From Nemertoderma westbladi (taxonomy: Eukaryota > Animalia > Xenacoelomorpha): a stretch of 64,000 nucleotides of DNA. Numbering within the stretch: the stretch's first letter is position 1; each line of letters starts with the position of its first letter. The stretch spans positions 108,114 through 172,113 of the forward strand of contig JAUCBJ010008864.1 in NCBI GenBank assembly GCA_032718475.1, written 5' to 3'. The position numbers were made by a program, and so were the translations under genes. Under the pieces are notes generated by a model. That model worked only from the letters and a program-made list of their open reading frames with translations. It did not search any database and had not been told where the DNA came from. This document shows, piece by piece, positions 62,202-64,000 of this stretch.

Positions 62202-62229
62202 ATTACGACAGATATAAGGCTTGAAGTAA

Positions 62230-62520
62230 AAGGTATGACAATATGTCACTGAACTGAACAAAATCATTTAAAATGCATTTAAAATCCATAAAAGTCTGAT
62301 TGGGTCTGAGTCCCGAAACTGAAATAAAATGGTGTGACAATATGTGACCGAACAAAATATTTAAAATCCATATAAAATTCATAAAAGTCTGATTGAGTCT
62401 GAGTCCCGAAACTGAAATAAAATGGTGTGGCAATATGTGACAGAACAAAACATTTAAAATCCATGTAAAATCCATAAAAGTCTGATTCAGTCTGAGTCCC
62501 AAAACTGAAATAAAATGTGA
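62230..62520. repeat. Tandem repeat, about 94-bp unit, about 3 copies
   Basis: CATAAAAGTCTGATT..GTCTGAGTCCC.AAACTGAAATAAAAT recurring at about 62287, 62380 and 62473. Confidence 0.85.
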
Positions 62521-62599
62521 CGTACTAAAATGGATAAAAACGAATGATGTGTGGAACGAATGAGGAACGTAGGTCGTTAAAATAATTATTCCAACTCGG

Positions 62600-64000
62600 T
62601 GTGGTTAAATATTCAATTAAACAATACAAAAGTAATCCTTGATTCGTCGCCGTTTGTCCACCAAAGATATTGATTGGAGATCGAAACACGCCGATATAAA
62701 TTCTGCGTTCGCAATGTCCGTAGAGGTTGGGGCGCCAAGTGTGAGCCGTTCCACCAGCGATTTCTTGAAGTACCGGTACATGAGCACCGATTCGATCTGC
62801 GGCTGCGGGTGCTCGGCTGCTCCGCTCCTGTACCCGCTGAGCACCCCTTTATAGCGACCCTTGGCTCGGACTAGCTGCCAGACTGGCTGTAGCTAGACTG
62901 GTGAAGGCGCTGTTGAGCGCAATGCTAGGGCACTCGTTATGGCGCGCTAGCGTACCCACGACCTGTCGGTAAGCTTCCTGGGAGATTGGTCTCAGATTGG
63001 TCAAGTTATATAGCGTGGCGTTCTTTCCTGATATAGCCGCCGACATTCAGTAGACTCCGGATGGCGTTTCGATAGACAACATCTAATTTATCGAGATCGC
63101 GTTGGTTTAGGGAACCGATATCGAGTTTCATAGAGTACATTATTGCCGGCAGGGCCAAGCTGCGCCACAACTTGAATACTGCCGCCACTGGCAGCCACCT
63201 CGTCGACCAACCCTTGGCCTGGAACATCTGTGCCAGGGCCGCGATCTTCCGTACCCAGGCGCCCAGGGGGGTTATGTCTGCGTCTGGGCCAGGTTATAGC
63301 CCAGGAAGCTCCACGATTTGCGTTGAGCAACTAACTCACCACCGAGGTAAAGGAAAGTCAGCAGGTGAGAATTCTTATTCCTCGAGAATACAGACCAATT
63401 ACTTGTATTCTTTTCTACTGACAATTTTATTTCATTAGCGCTTCTTTTAAATATTTCCAATAATATTTCCATATTCTTTGAGGTGTCAGTCATCAGTCGT
63501 CAGCGTAGGATATGGCCCCCAACCAGACAGATTTAATCTAACAGCCAGTGTTAGATATCTCGAGGTTGTCCATGATGCTTCGCGTGTATAGGTTAAACAG
63601 TATGGTCGACAGAAGTGAACCCTGTTTCACACCACGTGTCACTAATATTCCTTCGCAATCGATAAGACCGTCAAATTTCAGATAGACGGTACTTACCTTA
63701 TAGTAATTCTAGAACAGTTGCTACTATGTGCGGGTTAACGAACTCCAACATTTCCCATCCCAATACGTCGTAGTCGACAGAGTCAAACGCCACTTTGATA
63801 TCCAACTGGCAGATGTACTATGTGGATCTCTGGGAGAGTTTATATTCTAAATATTCTAGAACTGTTGCTATGGCGATATCGCAACCAATCTTATCTCGAT
63901 ATGCAGTTTGATTATTATGCAGTTTAATATTTGCCAGGAAATCACTTAATATGATGCGTCCGAAAACTTTAGCCCAGATACTTATGGACGCTATGGGTCT
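62600..64000 (-). mobile_element. Decayed non-LTR retrotransposon, RT and 3' end (clade not assigned)
   Basis: LDIKVAFDSVD, RGVKQGSLLSTILFNLY, SYADD, FLGYNL motifs with stops and frameshifts. Confidence 0.8.

Noticed and set aside
62295-62510. Hammerhead-ribozyme-like CTGATTGAG...CGAAAC motif in the 94-bp tandem repeat (retrozyme idea)
   Set aside because: Core departs from CUGANGA (extra or changed bases, differing between copies) and no stem I/III with a UH cleavage site could be paired.

Overview
AT-rich, transposon-dense invertebrate (metazoan) genomic DNA; the serpentine-type receptors suggest a nematode-like ecdysozoan (inference). Only four host-type loci are visible: two tandem two-exon 7TM chemoreceptor-like genes (+; 20221-23216 and 30850-32218) and two two-exon Ly6/three-finger GPI-anchored genes (-; 39393-40177 intact, 60100-61155 with two frameshifts). 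The rest is mobile DNA: a nonsense-interrupted Bel/Pao element (1-5235), an apparently intact CR1-clade LINE (about 10345-14821), a four-level nest (tRNA-SINE in a Bel/Pao LTR element in an RTE LINE in a decayed HECT-domain sequence, about 42319-54830, with the RTE and Bel/Pao TSDs clear and the SINE TSD probable), RTE/CR1/L2 fragments, hAT and P-like transposase relics, a Helitron and several foldback/MITE elements. Most notable: (i) the CR1 ORF1/ORF2 overlap has a canonical G_GGA_AAC -1 slippery site while ORF2 has no usable ATG; (ii) both Bel/Pao LTRs carry a tRNA-derived Pol III A/B-box module; (iii) a hAT-bounded element built around a TTAA-centred palindrome, whose empty site survives in a paralogous copy. 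All calls are from manual reading and motif recognition; no database searches were run.
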